Positions 24,362 to 37,922 of a DNA stretch of 64,000 nucleotides are shown here, piece after piece; within the stretch, counting starts at the first letter, position 1; every line of letters begins with the position of its first letter. Source of the stretch: Octopus vulgaris (lineage: Eukaryota). The notes under the pieces were generated by a model. The model had not been told where the DNA came from, ran no database searches, and saw only the letters and a program-made list of their open reading frames with translations. The position numbers were made by a program, and so were the translations under genes. Location of the stretch: positions 81,282,001 to 81,346,000 of the forward strand of contig OX597826.1 of NCBI GenBank assembly GCA_951406725.2, in the 5' to 3' direction.

Positions 24362-24753
24362 AATATTATGAATAAATTAAGAGTAGTTAAAAGGGATGTA
24401 TTCGTTTTCGCTGCCAGCATCAATTCAGCACGAACTGATTTCATATTTAGTGTAATGATACCCTTTTAATGGCTAATGAATGACGTGGAAATAATTTTCA
24501 CTATAAATCAATAGATACAGAGTTAAAAGCAATTAAGAACAAGACATGAAAAGTTTCTTAGAAATTTTAAAAAAGAAATCTCAAAAATCGCCTAAAGAAG
24601 AATTTTTTAAAGTTTAATAAATTTCGAAAAACCCTCGAAGAAAATATTTCCAGATCAATTTACAAAATCTCAAAAGATACTCAGCTTCAGAGTTGAAATT
24701 CTTAACTCTAAAACTTGAATTTTTGAGATTCTGTGAATTGTTCTGGAAATATT

Positions 24754-25620
24754 GGATCTTTTATGTTTGGCTGCCAATTTTCAATTTCTATTTGAATTAA
24801 TTTCATATGCAGTGTAATGATATACTTTTATATGCTGACCAATGCCATGAAAATCATTTTCGCCATAAACCAATCAATAAATAGTTATTGGCTATTATAT
24901 TTTTTTAGGTAATTTTAGTCAATCATAAGCTACAGACACATTCATGCCTGTTTCTATAGTAACAAACCAAACATGACAACTCTTTTGCCTGTGAGAAAGC
25001 ATGTGGTGATTAATGTGTTCCAGTCATTGAGATGGTCGTCATATGTGCTAAAAATAGCAGCCAAATAGGCCTTAAATCACACACCAGGGGAGGATGCGGG
25101 TTCGTACTTGCAAGAAAAGAGAGTTATACTCAAAAGAAAATTATGCAAAATGAAGAAGCATTTTGTGAGTACAAGAAAACGTGGTGGGAATTTGTGTTGG
25201 CGATGCTTACACAAAGGATGCTTGGAGTTTGTGTCAGTGAGGAAAAACAGGTGGTTTGAAGGTGTCAGCCTTCCTTTTAGGAATGTAGTGCTTCTCTCCC
25301 TTTACTCATGAATTAAGAAATTGACTTCAGTTTGGTTTTGTTTTGAAGAACTGGGGATGAGCCATTGCACAGCTGTTGATTACAGCAGCTATGTTATGGA
25401 AGTGTGTGTGTGGAGAACCTGCTCCATCATCCAGTTAAGGTTGCTGGTCCTGGGAAGATCGTTGAGATCAACAAAAGAGTCTTCTCCAGACGTAAGTACA
25501 ACCAAGGAAGGGTCCTACCTGAGCAGTGGGTTATTGGAGGAGTGTGTTGTGAGACCAGACAAGCTTATCTGTATGCAGTGCCATGTCGGAATTGTGACAC
25601 ACTGGAAGAATACACCTGCT
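24754..25620 (+). mobile_element. Merlin transposon remnant
   Basis: GGATCTTTT terminus; GPGKIVEINKRVFSRRKYNQGRVLPEQWVIGGVCCETRQAYLYAVPCRNCDTL. Confidence 0.8.
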
Positions 25621-26290
25621 TGGCATTGATACTGCTGCTTTTTCCCAACCTGGTGGGCCAATGGCACAACACAGTCAATGCTGATGACTGTTTTTAGTTA
25701 AAGCTACAACCTTAAATCTGCTCAGAGTTAACTCACTTTGGTATTTCCTACCGAGAACAGCTAAAAACCTAGGAACATTGAGCCTGGGAATCCAGTAAAT
25801 GACAGAGCTGGGCAGATATGGTGTTTTTACACCTTTTTACTATAAGAGAGAATTTTTCTTTGTGGCAAATACAATCAATTTGCCTTTGGAAGTTGAAATA
25901 TAGCACAAACATCTTTTAACCTACATTATGCTTGTGACTGTATAGGTTTCTCAACTCTTTATTATTAACTTCTAAGGGGAAAAAAATGAATGCAATTTTT
26001 GTCATCAACTTACAAAGCTACACCAGAACTCAATTTTTTAAACAAGCTTGTCAAGAAAATCACTATAAGAGATGAAAGTAGAACTCATACTGATAAGAAG
26101 GGTTTAACACCACCTAAACCTGGTTTCAGTAGTTAAACACTACTTGTCAGGACAAATACTGCTTTCATCTCTTCTTGAAATTTTCTTGACTAGCTAGTTT
26201 GCTTGTCGCAAGATCAGTGACTGTGTGTCACTTATTTTTCTTTACATTGTGAGTTGGAGTGAACTACTGCTATGTCTAGCGGATGAGTAT

Positions 26291-26339
26291 CCATCACTGA
26301 GGATGACCATATGAAAGTTGAAACCATATGGCCTGATGG
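26291..26339 (+). ncRNA. Degenerate minimal type I hammerhead ribozyme motif
   Basis: CCATCA-CTGAGGA-T-GAC(CATATGAAA)GTT-GAAAC-CATATG-GCC-TGATGG: 6-bp stem I, palindromic stem III, cleavage triplet GCC instead of GUC. Confidence 0.55.
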
Positions 26340-27164
26340 TCTTGAAGCTAAAATAGTAGAGAGTTCTTTCTCTACTTGCAATATACATGGAGTGCAAAGT
26401 GCACTGCATAAAAACTGATAATTTGAACTCTATTCCAGAAAATCATCTCCATTCTTTTTGAGCAGATAAAAAAAAAAATTTAGATGGAGTAAAATGAGTC
26501 AGCCACGATAAAGTAAATTTGCCTCTTCAGTTCTGGAGAACTTTGAAAACAAGCTCATGCACATCAATATCCATCCTTGGACATCAGAAGGATTAGAAAT
26601 GCAACAAGAATTTTAAATATCTAGGTCAAATGAAAGAGGATCATGGAAAAATGGCACATGCCGTAAAATTACAGAAACTTGACTAAATCTAAAAACTTGA
26701 CACAAAATATTCTCTTTATCTTCTTCACAATCTACTGGAGTGGTTCTCTTCATGACATATTTACAAATCATGCATTTAAGGAGAAGAAATTATTGAAATT
26801 AGTCGTTTCTCATTATGTCTAAGTTTAGACATCAATTTTTAAAAAGTAAAAATTATCAGATTAGACATTAGTGTGAAAAAATATTAACTTGGAATCCAAC
26901 AGAGAAAGAAATATTGATTGTTAAACACCAAAAATTATCTAAATATTTCATTAGCAACCACAATTAAAACTGAGTCAAAGTTGAGGAAAATTTCTTGAGA
27001 AAAAAAAGTGTCACCTGGCTAAGTTTCAGACTCTCACACTTTCAACAACTATGCAAACCAATTTTTACTCCCAAACATGATTCAATACCTGCAATGTATT
27101 GATTTCAAACAAGTCCCTATAAAAGTGAGAAATCAGCAATTACACATTCTACCCCACCATCCTA

Positions 27165-27395
27165 TACCTATTTCTTTACTACCCACAAGGGGCTAAACAC
27201 AAAGGGGACAAACAAGGACAGACAAATGGATTAAGTCGATTACATCGACCGCAGTGCATAACTGGTACTTATTTAATCGACTCTCAAAGGATGAAAGGCA
27301 AAGTCGACCTCGGCGGAATTTGAACTAAGAACATAGCGGCAGACGAAATACGGCTAAGCATTTTGCCCGGCGTGCTAACGTCTCTGCCAGCTCAC
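27165..27395 (-). mobile_element. SINE family B, near full length
   Basis: Minus-strand head ggtgagctggcagagacgttagcacgccgggc...agttcaaattccgccgagg (B-box-like). Confidence 0.85.
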
Positions 27396-27424
27396 CACCA
27401 TCCTATACCTTTAACAAAAACAGC

Positions 27425-27665
27425 TGGTGAAAATCAGTTTAAAAAATGTGCAGCTTTCATCATACATTGATCAAGTCAGTGAATTCTATGTACAAGTCTT
27501 GGTTAGGTGTTCCAAATATAGAATAAGAGAAGAAGAATATAAGAGAAAACCAACTATATTTAGATTTCAAATTGTTATGAATATTCACAAAGATTGGTGC
27601 ATTAAGAACCCTGGAATTTGAGATTTACAGTTGAAATGATGAAATGCTTGAGATAATGTGGCCCA
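27425..27665 (-). other. Conserved downstream module of ZNF3
   Basis: Homologous to 6530-6775; the adjacent 27740-27990 also matches 14255-14520. Confidence 0.7.
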
Positions 27666-28007
27666 AACCATTCCAGCAGTTACATCATCATTATCATTTA
27701 ACGTCCATTTTCCATACTAGCATGGGTTGGACAATGGACATAGAAACATTGATGACAATAGTTCAAAGAGTATTCCATCAATTTTGTTTTTTGGAAAGTT
27801 TAAGACCACAGTGGCACTTGCAAATGAACTTTAAATTTCAGCATAAAGTCAAGACGGAACCACACCCTAAATCAAATTCTAGATGTCACCAACAACAGAA
27901 TTAGTCCATTGATAGAATAATTCTAAAAGATTAAAACAAGAATCTACATAAGAATGCCCATAACAAACATAAAGACTATATGCAATCCAGATATATTTAT
28001 AATATGT

Positions 28008-29880
28008 ATCATCATCGTTTAACGTCCATTTTTCATGCTGGCATGGGTTGGATGGTTTGACTGAGGACTAGCAAGCCAGGAGGCCGCACCAGGCCCCAAT
28101 CTGATCTGGCAATGTTTTGACAGCTGGATGCCTTTCCTAAAGCCAACCACTGAGAGTGTAGGGAGTGCTTTTTATGTGCCACTGACTCAGGAGCCAGTCT
28201 GGTGGGCCTGGCATCGATCATGTTCGAATAGTGCTTTTTACGTGCCTCTGGAATGGGAGCCAGTCAGGGGGCACTGGCCACAATTTTGGTTTTTCTTGAC
28301 TCAATAGGCCATCTTAAGCATATTATATCGCCCGACACATCAAGAGTATTCTTAAATGGGTCGGACATGCAACACTGGCATTGGCCATGACTACAAATTC
28401 ACTTTAGTTGCCGGATCTTCTCAATCACAGCATATCTCCAAAGGTCTTGGTCTCTTATCATTGCCTCTGTAAGGCTCAATGTTCAAAGGTCATGCTTCAC
28501 CACCTCATTCCATGTCTTCCTGGGTCTATCTCTTCCACAGTTAGGGTGGCACTTCTTCACACAGCTGTCCTCATCCATATGTAACACATGGCCATACCAG
28601 TGAAGTCATCTCTCTTGCACATTACATTTGATGCTTCTTATGTCCAACTTTTCTTTCAAGGCATTAACACTCTATCGAGTATGCACACTGACATTACACA
28701 ACCAGCAGATCATAGTAGCTTCATTTCTTTCAAGCCTACGCATGTCCTCAGCAGTCATGGCCCATGTGTCACTGCTGTGTAGCATGGCAGTTTGCACACA
28801 TACATCATATAGTCTACCTTTCGTCCTGAGTGAGCAAGAAGCCCTTAATTGCCAGCAGAATTAGAAGCTACCTGAACTTTACCCAGGCTATTCTTATTCT
28901 AACCGCTGCTCTCTCAGAGCAACCGCCCCCACTACAGACCTGGTCGCCTATGTAGCAGAAGCTATCAACTACTTTTAGTTTTTCACCTTGGCATGTGATG
29001 GAATCTATTTTCTGTGCATCTTCAGTATTTATTGTCCCTGTGCATCTGCCACACACAAAAATTATCTTCCTGGTTAACCCTCCTTTGATATTGCTACACG
29101 TTTTATGTGTCCATATCTTATACCGGGTGCATCGTATGGAGTTTCCACCCAAGCCTTTTCTACAGATCAAGCAGGGCCATCTACCTGAAGTGGTATGTGA
29201 TTTGTCAGCTATCCTACTTACTAAGACTTTGGTTTTTGCTACAATAACCCTAAGGCCCTTCAATTTTTTACCTTGCTTCCACACCCTAAACTTCATCTCT
29301 AGTTCTGGCAATGACTTGGCTATTAGAGCAAGGTCATCAGCATAGAGGAGCTCCCAAGGGCAGCCTGTCTTGAATTCCTCTGTAACTACATGGAAAGCTA
29401 TGATAAATAAAAGGGGGCTGAGGACTGAACCTTGGTGAACCCCTAAGCCCAATTCTTCTCTATACTTGTTGCCAACTCTCACCTTATTGACAGCATCTCT
29501 GTAAATGGCTTGTACAGCTCTCACTAACCACTCATCTATCCCTAGTTTCCGCATTGACCACCAAATAAGGGACCAAGGGACCCTGTCAAAGGCTTTCTCT
29601 AAGTCAACAAGAACCAAGTACAGAGGTTTATCTTTGCCTTACCAGAAATATAGCATCAGTGGTACCTCTATCTGGCACAAAACCAAACTGCATCCCATCA
29701 AGGCTACCTCTCTCCCTAATTAGTTGGGCTATGACCCTCTCTGTAACTTTCATCACCTGATCCAATAATTCGAAAGCCCTGTAGTTATTTCTATCTAAAG
29801 CACCACCTTTACCTTTGTAGCAGTTGACAATGGTGCTGGTACACCAGTCACTGGGTAGGACTCCTTCATGAATTACCTGA
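28008..29880 (-). mobile_element. RTE-clade LINE, 5'-truncated, RT through (GAT)n tail
   Basis: VDLEKAFDRVP, GVHQGSVLSPLLF and LLYADDL motifs plus a Cys-rich insert (CLICRKG...WTHKTC...CGRC). Confidence 0.92.
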
Positions 29881-29889
29881 TCCTATAAT

Positions 29890-30500
29890 ATTGGGTTGCC
29901 AAGTTCGTTTGTTTAGCTCTTTCCAATGCCATTAAATACATCTCATTATCCTGAGTGGATGCAACAACTGTGGCTTCTTACCTCAACGTGTTGTTTGATT
30001 CAGTCCTTTTTTTCCCTCTGCATCATATCGATGTAAACACACCCCTTTTCATTGCTGGTGACAATGCAGTAAAGAAATTCCAGTCTGTGTTCATGAGCAA
30101 CCTGGCAGTGAGAAAGGAGCACTGGAGTTTGCCTCTTTTGTTCACAGTACGCATGGCATTCATGCACCAAGCCACCTTACCCATCAAGAGGCGACAGACA
30201 ACAGTATCAGGAGACCATCCCATCAGCTTGGTCAATCCCCTGAGTGGATTGGCACGGATCCTCAAGGATGAGCTCATTCAATCAATTCTCATTTGAATTA
30301 AATATGTCGGCCAGAACACAAATGGCTTTTGTGGTTGGATTTCCCCCTCTTTGAAGGCTGGAAACTATTTCTGTGAAGTTCTTTCAGTAATGGTGTCTTT
30401 CCAGTACACAGCACAAATGTCTCAAACGGCTCTGCATCAGCTTCGGAGTCTTAATTGAATGCAAATAAAAGTAGATATTAAAAACACTCGGTTTTTTTTT
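29890..30500 (-). mobile_element. Mariner remnant, largely within the duplicated block
   Basis: tattgggttgccaag TIR-like end; body identical to 15255-15760. Confidence 0.6.
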
Positions 30501-30940
30501 TCTTTCTAATTAGCATTTCATCATCATATGATGGAATACCAATTAAGATGATGGAACTGGCATTCCCTCATCATCTGAAGAGAGATAGAATTTTGTTCAA
30601 ACTTGGAAAATAATAAACGAAAATTGTACAGGAAGAAAAGAGCTACAAATAAACAAGAAAACATTATGATAAGAATATTTTTGATGTTAATTGAAAGGAT
30701 ACGGGAAAGAAAGGAACAAATTTATTCATCAGCTTAATAGTATAAGGAAATACTGTACTTTATTTGTTTCTTTTCCTTATTATTTAGGGCCACAATTGTT
30801 TATCAATGCAAACAATAAGAGATTTTTTAGTCTCCCACCCATCACAGTCACAAATATCAGAATGAAGTTCTTTCTCTCATGTAAGCTTACAGATGTGAAT
30901 AGCTACATCCCCAGGTTGAGAGAAGGACTTAGCACAGATA

Positions 30941-32320
30941 TTATAGTAATATAGTTTTTCCCCCCATAGGAATACATTTGTGCTTAGTTAATAGCTTACT
31001 GTAAGAGAATGATTTACCACAGATATCACAATGATACGGTTTTTCTCCAGTATGAATACGTTTGTGAACAGTTACAGCAGTACTTTGGGAGAAGGATTTA
31101 CCACAGATATCACAATATGGATTTTCACCAGAATGAATACGCTTGTGCTCAGTGAAGGAATTACTTCGAGAGAATGATTTACCACAGACATTACAATGAA
31201 ATGGTTTTTCTCCAGTATGAATGCGTTTGTGATCAGTCAAAGAATTACTTCGAGAAAATGATTTACCACAGATATCACAATGATATGGCTTCTCTCCTGT
31301 ATGAATACGTTTATGTACAGTTACAGCAGTACTTTGAGAGAAAGATTTACCACAGATATCACAATGATACGGTTTTTCCCCAGTATGAATACGTTTATGA
31401 CCACTCAAGGAATTATTTCTAGGGAATGATTTACCGCAGATATTACACTGATATGGTGTCTCTCCAGTATGGATGTGTTTATGATAACTTAAGGCACTAC
31501 TTTGTGTGTACGATTTACCACAGATATCACAATGATATGGTTTTTCTCCAGAATGAATGCGTTTATGAACCTCTAAATCTTTACTTCGAATGAATGATTT
31601 ACCACAGATATCACAGTGATATGGTTTTTCTCTGGTATGAATACGTTTGTGCATTTTCACAGCCGTACTCTGAGAGAATGCTTTACCACAGATATCACAA
31701 TGAAATCGCTTTTCTCCGGTATGAATACGTTTATGTCCAGTCAAGGCACTATTTTGAAGGAATGATTTACCACAGATGTCACATTGATATGGTTTCTCTC
31801 CTGTATGAACATGTTTGTGAGCAGTTAGCTCATCGTTTCGAGAGAATGATTTGTCACAGATATCACAGTGATAGGGCTTTTCTCCTGTATGAATACGTTT
31901 GTGTTTAATTAACTGATTACTTTGATTGAATGATTTACCACAAAAATCACAATGATAAGGTTTTTCTCCAGTATGAATTCGTTTGTGATCAGTTAAGTTG
32001 GTACTTCTAGAGAATGATTTACTGCACATATCACACTGATATGGTTTCTCTCCTGTGTGAATACGTTTGTGTGTAGTTAAAATATCTTTACGGGTGAATG
32101 ATTGACCACAGATTTCACACTGATATGGCTTCTCTCCTGTATGAACACGTTTATGAATAGTTAACTCACCACTTCGATAGAAATTTTTGCTACAGACACC
32201 ACAGTGATATGGTCTCTCTCCTGTATGAATACGTATGTGAGAAGTTAGGTTACCTTTTGAAGCAAATGACTTTTTACAGATACTGCACTCATATGAAGCT
32301 TTGTCTAAGGTTTTTGCCAT
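30941..32320 (-). CDS. C2H2 zinc-finger protein (ZNF3), 459 aa, 15 complete fingers plus one degenerate
   Basis: Intact ORF of tandem fingers starting MAKTLDK. Confidence 0.95.
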   Translation of the reverse strand: MAKTLDKASYECSICKKSFASKGNLTSHIRIHTGERPYHCGVCSKNFYRSGELTIHKRVHTGEKPYQCEICGQSFTRKDILTTHKRIHTGEKPYQCDMCSKSFSRSTNLTDHKRIHTGEKPYHCDFCGKSFNQSNQLIKHKRIHTGEKPYHCDICDKSFSRNDELTAHKHVHTGEKPYQCDICGKSFLQNSALTGHKRIHTGEKRFHCDICGKAFSQSTAVKMHKRIHTREKPYHCDICGKSFIRSKDLEVHKRIHSGEKPYHCDICGKSYTQSSALSYHKHIHTGETPYQCNICGKSFPRNNSLSGHKRIHTGEKPYHCDICGKSFSQSTAVTVHKRIHTGEKPYHCDICGKSFSRSNSLTDHKRIHTGEKPFHCNVCGKSFSRSNSFTEHKRIHSGENPYCDICGKSFSQSTAVTVHKRIHTGEKPYHCDICGKSFSYSKLLTKHKCIPMGGKTILL

Positions 32321-32763
32321 CTCTTCAGGAAAATAATATCAATCTTTTTAACTTATATAATAATTTTTCTTTTCTCACCACAAGATATGAATATTTATCT
32401 TGTTTTCCTTTCTATGATTTATTTCTCACAAAAATTCTTTTTGCTATATATTTGTTAACTGTGATCTAGACTGCAAAGTCCTTTATAAATTAATCTATTT
32501 ACAATACAAATTATTATGTACTCATTCCAGACAGAAGTAGGTATCTCGTAGTAAATGAGAGACTTGGCTATGTCGGTAGGGGAGAGAATCCTGCAAATAA
32601 TCTCAGCCAGTAGAAACCTTTCACCATAATTCACAAGACTTATATAAACATGGTTATATTTGTTCTGCATAACATCGTCCTTGAGTCTTGAAAAGATAGT
32701 GAATAGTGATGATGCTTCTGATATCAAAACGCTTTTATTTTTATGCCAGCTTCAGTAAGGATC

Positions 32764-32918
32764 CTGAAATAATAAGAAAAACGGTATAAGATAAAAAAAA
32801 GATAATTTATTTCGTTTCTATAAATGATAAATTGCAGAAATGAACCTTGACCAGAATTAAACTCTTCCAGTGTATCTCTATATTCTTTCATATTTACTAA
32901 AGTAGAGGAACACATATT

Positions 32919-32981
<63 letters not shown>

Positions 32982-33688
32982 ATAGGTGTCGCGTTGTTTT
33001 TCACCCACCCACGTAAGTCATTGGTGTAATATCCTGCTGTAGCACTCCCTGAGAGAATGAGTTTCAATGGTGACAAAAGTATTCCTGACCCTCAAACTCA
33101 TATTTCTTCATTTCTTGGGGTGTGGGTGTAATAATATTCTTGACTTTGAGTTTAAACATCTTAATGGAAAAAATTCATGGTAAACTTAAACTGGTGAAGT
33201 CAAGTAAACCTCAATGAATCCTTGATTTTCTCTTCATTCGTGTAGTTTGGTTAGAAGACACATCGAAATATTTTATCAAGACTGGAATTTGAAATTTGAG
33301 GACAAAGGACGAGGGCGCCGTTAAGAAATTCGAAAACCATTGATTGAGCGGGTTGGGGTGGAGAGGGAATTTTAATGCAAATTACAAGTCTATAAACAAG
33401 TGCTTCAGAATATGGAATATTATGATACGACGAAATATAGTAAAAGAAGAAAAATATATCCATTAAAAGAGTGGAAGCTATTCAAAAGATGCGATTGAGG
33501 GGAGGGGCTACGATATTTTACAACATATTGGGGGGGGGGGAACAAAAGCCGTTCATCCGATTTTTGGTTTTAGGTAATAAAAATGCAACAGAGTAACTCC
33601 GAGAAGCTTAGGAATAAAATAATGATCAGATTGCAAAACTTCTATAAACACGTTACAAATTGGTTGTACTGTAAACAGTCTTAATTAG

Positions 33689-33730
<42 letters not shown>

Positions 33731-34472
33731 ATAGATCAATAGATTTACCGACCTCAAAAACAACAGCAATAATAATATTGTTTCAAATTTTGGTGCAAAG
33801 CCAGTAAATTTAGAAGAAGTGGAATTTAATTACATCGAACCCACGATTCTTTAAGCATTACTTTTGTTTCTGGGCCGGAGAGGATGACAAGCAAAACCGA
33901 CATCGGCGGAATTCGAACTCAGAACATAAAGAGCAAAAAAAGAAAACACTGCTAAGGGTCGCTTCCTGTCGAGAAACATTTTTAGAAATTTATTAAGAAT
34001 GCATTTGTAAACATTTAACCGAAAAACATTAAATTAATATATTTCTAGTTAATTAGTAACTTTCAAGTATTTTTTCTATTCGTTTCGCTGAATCAGAAAA
34101 CCCAAGCCTATTTTTACATTATGGCTTAGTTTCAGTTTTAACCCTGAGAATTTATAGACGTAAAACCTGAAGATCATCGCGATTTACAGCTGTTTAGCAC
34201 TGCAAGATTGTACAAAATGTTGAAAATAAAAGTAAAGAAGAATTCCATTTTATTAACGACGGTTATTCCGAAAGTCCTCGCCTCCCCATTTTTTTTTTCT
34301 AGAATTACACTGTTTCATACAAATGAAATTACCATTCTTTTAGCAATTTTGGCGGACTGGCGTAGTAAACGAAAATTCTTTGCCCTTTTCCTTCTCCATG
34401 AGGAAATATCAATTATTCCGAAACTTGGCCTTGAAACTATCTTATATCCATTTAAACACTATCGATACTCAC
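32764..34472 (-). other. Putative 5' UTR intron of ZNF3
   Basis: Donor AAGAA|GTGAGTAT at 34472 and acceptor TTATTATTTCAG|GATCC at 32764. Confidence 0.65.
32921..32978. repeat. (TA)n microsatellite
   Basis: Direct reading. Confidence 0.97.
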
Positions 34473-34590
34473 TTCTTTTACCTTTGTAGTTTCTTTAAGA
34501 AATTCTTTTAACATGAGAGAAAGTTCTTCGCCGGAAATTGTTCTGGCAAATGCTGGGCGGAAGTCTAAAACTCTGGATAAACATTATCAT
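34473..34590 (-). promoter_or_regulatory. Putative first exon/promoter of ZNF3
   Basis: Paralogous to the ZNF2 and ZNF4 promoters; CCGGAA and CGGAAGT motifs. Confidence 0.6.
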
Positions 34591-35317
34591 ATAAAAAGGA
34601 AACATGTAGACACTTTGAGATTTATTATTATACGTAGTTTCGTAGTTATTCTGTTAACAACTAGTATTATTTAGACTTTTTTATGACTTTTCTTGGAAGA
34701 AACAACTACGTAGGCGCAATGGAACATCTACGTACTTGTACGATCTGCTAGAAATAGCAGTCAAATTTCCCTAGATTATACCGTTCAGTCTTGAGATTTG
34801 TATTCCTTGATATACAATACCAGAAGAAATGAGTAAAGGGTCATTCTAGTGAAATTCAACAAGGACCCTTCGCGAAGGTTCTTAGATTTTCTTCGAATTT
34901 ACACCATTTATATCTATGAAAGGAGTCATTCCTGCAAATTTTAGCCCCATTGTTGTTACCAGTTAGATTTTATGGTCATTTAAACTGTTAGGCAATTTCC
35001 AAAATTTTCCATATATTAGATTTCTTTTATGTTCAGGGGCCATCATTCCAAATAGGTATGATATCATACCTTTGAAAGCATGTTTCTATAATCCCCACTA
35101 TCTCAAGTCCCTTAGATACTGTAGAAAAAACGCCAACCAAAATTTGCAAAAATCCACATCTTGGTGTCTATTTTAAAAGAAATTTTAAGTTTAGGCAGCT
35201 ATTATTTAATAGCAACAATTGGTGATCATTCTATCTTCTCTAATCTTACAGTAAACTCTGAAATCTTAGCAGAACACATGAATTCAATTACTGAAATGCT
35301 TGTTTTCTTGTGCAATA

Positions 35318-36020
35318 TCATCATCATCATCATCATCATCGTTTAACGTCCGCTTTCCATGCTAGCATGGGCTGGACGGTTCAACTGGGGTCTGGCAAGC
35401 CCGAAGGCTACACCAGGCCAGTCATATCTGGCAGTGTTTCTACAGCTGGATGCCCTTCCTAACGCCAACCACTCCGAGAGTGTAGTGGGTGATTTTATGT
35501 GCCACTGACACAGGTGCCAGACGAGGCTGGCAGACGGCCACGCTCGGATGATGTTTTTTATGTACCACCGACACAGGTGCCAGACGAGGCTGGCAGACGG
35601 CCACGCTCGGATATGGTGTTTTCGGTGTTTTTCTTATGTGCCACCGACACAGGTGCCAGACGAGGCTGGCGAACGGCTACGATCGGATGGTGTTTGTTAC
35701 GTGCCCACGGCACGGAGGCCAGTCGATGCAGGTACTGGCTACGGTCCCGTTCGGATGGTTTTCTTATGTGCCACCAGCACTGGTACCACAAGGATACAAA
35801 TTCCATTGATGTTCATCTATTTTGATTTGGTTTGACTTGATTCGATTTGACTTTGATTTGACTTTGACTTTGACTTGCCTCAACAGGTCTTCACAAGTGT
35901 CACAAGCAGGAAGGTATGCACAGGTGGACTGACTACGTCCCAGGTAGGGGCCACGGGTTATCGCTTCACTAGTCTTGCCGGGTCTTCTCACGCACAGCAT
36001 ACTTCCATAGGTCTCGGGCT
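35318..36020 (-). mobile_element. RTE 3' region with internal ~60-bp tandem repeats and a (TTTGA)n tract
   Basis: (CAT)n tail; repeated ttatgtgccaccgacacaggtgccagacgaggctggc units. Confidence 0.85.
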
Positions 36021-36339
36021 AAAAATGGGATAGTGAAAAATTTAGAGTTTTTTTCCAATTTTTCAACCAGAATATCTTCTTATCACTAAGTTGAAACTAT
36101 AAAGATTCATATTATATCCTGAAAATACACCCTATAGAGTGAGTTTAGAAATGTAAAATATTAATTTTCATCTCCAGAAAATGGCTCAAAAGAGAAATTC
36201 CCATTTTTGGGGTAGTTTAGAGCCACAGATATTAATGTGCAACAATTAGAAAAACTTTCAAACCTGAAAATCCTTGGACATTAATCTCTTGTCCATACAA
36301 CAACAACAAAGTGATTAGCAAATGGAGCTGCATACTTTT

Positions 36340-36790
36340 CATCATCATCATTTTCTAACATCTGCCTTCCATGCTAGCATGGGTGGGATGGTTTCACAAG
36401 AGCTGGCCAAGTAGAAGCCTGCTCCAGACTTCTGTGACTGTTTTGCCAGGATTTTTACAGCTGGATGCCCTTCTTAACACCAACCACTCAGCAGAGTGGA
36501 CTTAATGGACTTTTTATGTGGCACAAGCACAGGCGAGGTCAGTTTGGCAAGGTTTTTACAGCTGGATGCCCTTCCAAATGCCAACCACTTTACAGTGTGG
36601 ACTGGGTGCTTTTAAGTGGCACCTGCACTGACAGGGTCACTAAGTACTTGCAAGACCAAAAAAATAATAACTTTCAAGAGGGGCGGGGGCATTCTAGGAG
36701 CTGATTTTGTGTCGCATGATGAAAGGGTATAGTGATACAGAGAGACAAAAAGAGGTGTCTTGCTGTAGAGGAAGTACAAGGTTACCTGTC
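36340..36790 (-). mobile_element. Diverged RTE-type tail element
   Basis: catcatcat...ttccatgctagcatggg...ggatgccc, with a duplicated motif. Confidence 0.7.
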
Positions 36791-37922
36791 TGGAGAGAGA
36801 GAGAGGTGGGGATGCTAGGGATGAAGACAGAAGCAGGTGCATTAATACCTTTATAGATTCAGGGGGTTGGAAAGAAGAGTAATTCTACTGGTCCCATATG
36901 GATAGTTGATGGGACAATCATGAACATTTTTTAGATGGTGTTTTCCTTCCAAAGCTGAAGAAAAATCAATAAAACTAGTAAAATGAAACAGTGGAAAACA
37001 AAATGAATTAAAAGCCATCTGCTAGCCTAATATCTTGTACCTCATGTCACAAACTCTTAATGTGATATATATATGATAAAATTTAAAATTATACACATGT
37101 GGGACTATATATGAAAGTATGTCCACAAGATCCAAAATAAACATAAGATATACCAGTTATTGCTGTACGATAAAGTATGTTTTATAGCTTGCATATTTAT
37201 TCATAACAAAATGACTGTACTGGTTTTTGGAGAATGCATTTCTTAGCTATTTTCTAACAGTCTCAAATAGATTAATAGTATCTTTTCTATAGTCTAGAAA
37301 TATATTAAATGAATATGTATGAGTATTCTGAAAGAATAATAGAATTTAAAACATTGTAGTGGTACCTAGCATTTGAAGCCCTGATATTTTGGTAATTAGA
37401 AAAAGGTCAAAACATATCGGATGATTCAGACCTGCATTTTGACCAATCAACAGAAAAAATTGTGTAGTAATTTCATAACACCATGCAAACATTTGAACAT
37501 AATTTATTTTGCTGTATTAGTATGAAAAGATGTTCATGCATTACATAGAAGCAGTAAAATAGAAATAGCATTCATATGACATGCAAGGAAAACATGTTCA
37601 AAGTTTAACACTTGGACTGGATTTTAACACACTAAACAAATATACAGCTGTCATGTCTGCTTCTTTGATAGCTTTGATTAAATATGTAGCCATTAAAACA
37701 GCTACAGAAATGTGCAATTCAAAGCTCTACACACGACACTCTGAACGTAGTGATTTATTAACTATGTTTATAGGCTTTTGTTCAGAGAAAGCGCTGGATG
37801 GGCCACAAAACAATCACGTGACCCACAGCCATTGATTGGGAAAAATCTTGGTTGCGCACATAACTAATCTTTGATTGAATTGTGGTTTTGTGTAGAGATG
37901 AGATGAGCTGGAAGGAAAGGGC

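Noticed and set aside
31174-31908. Antisense MIYHRYH... ORFs over the ZNF genes
   Set aside because: Shadow frames of the periodic finger codons.
32455-32727. N-terminal effector domain encoded in the ZNF leader
   Set aside because: Non-ATG start, not contiguous with the finger ORF, and the frame is not preserved in paralogous leaders.
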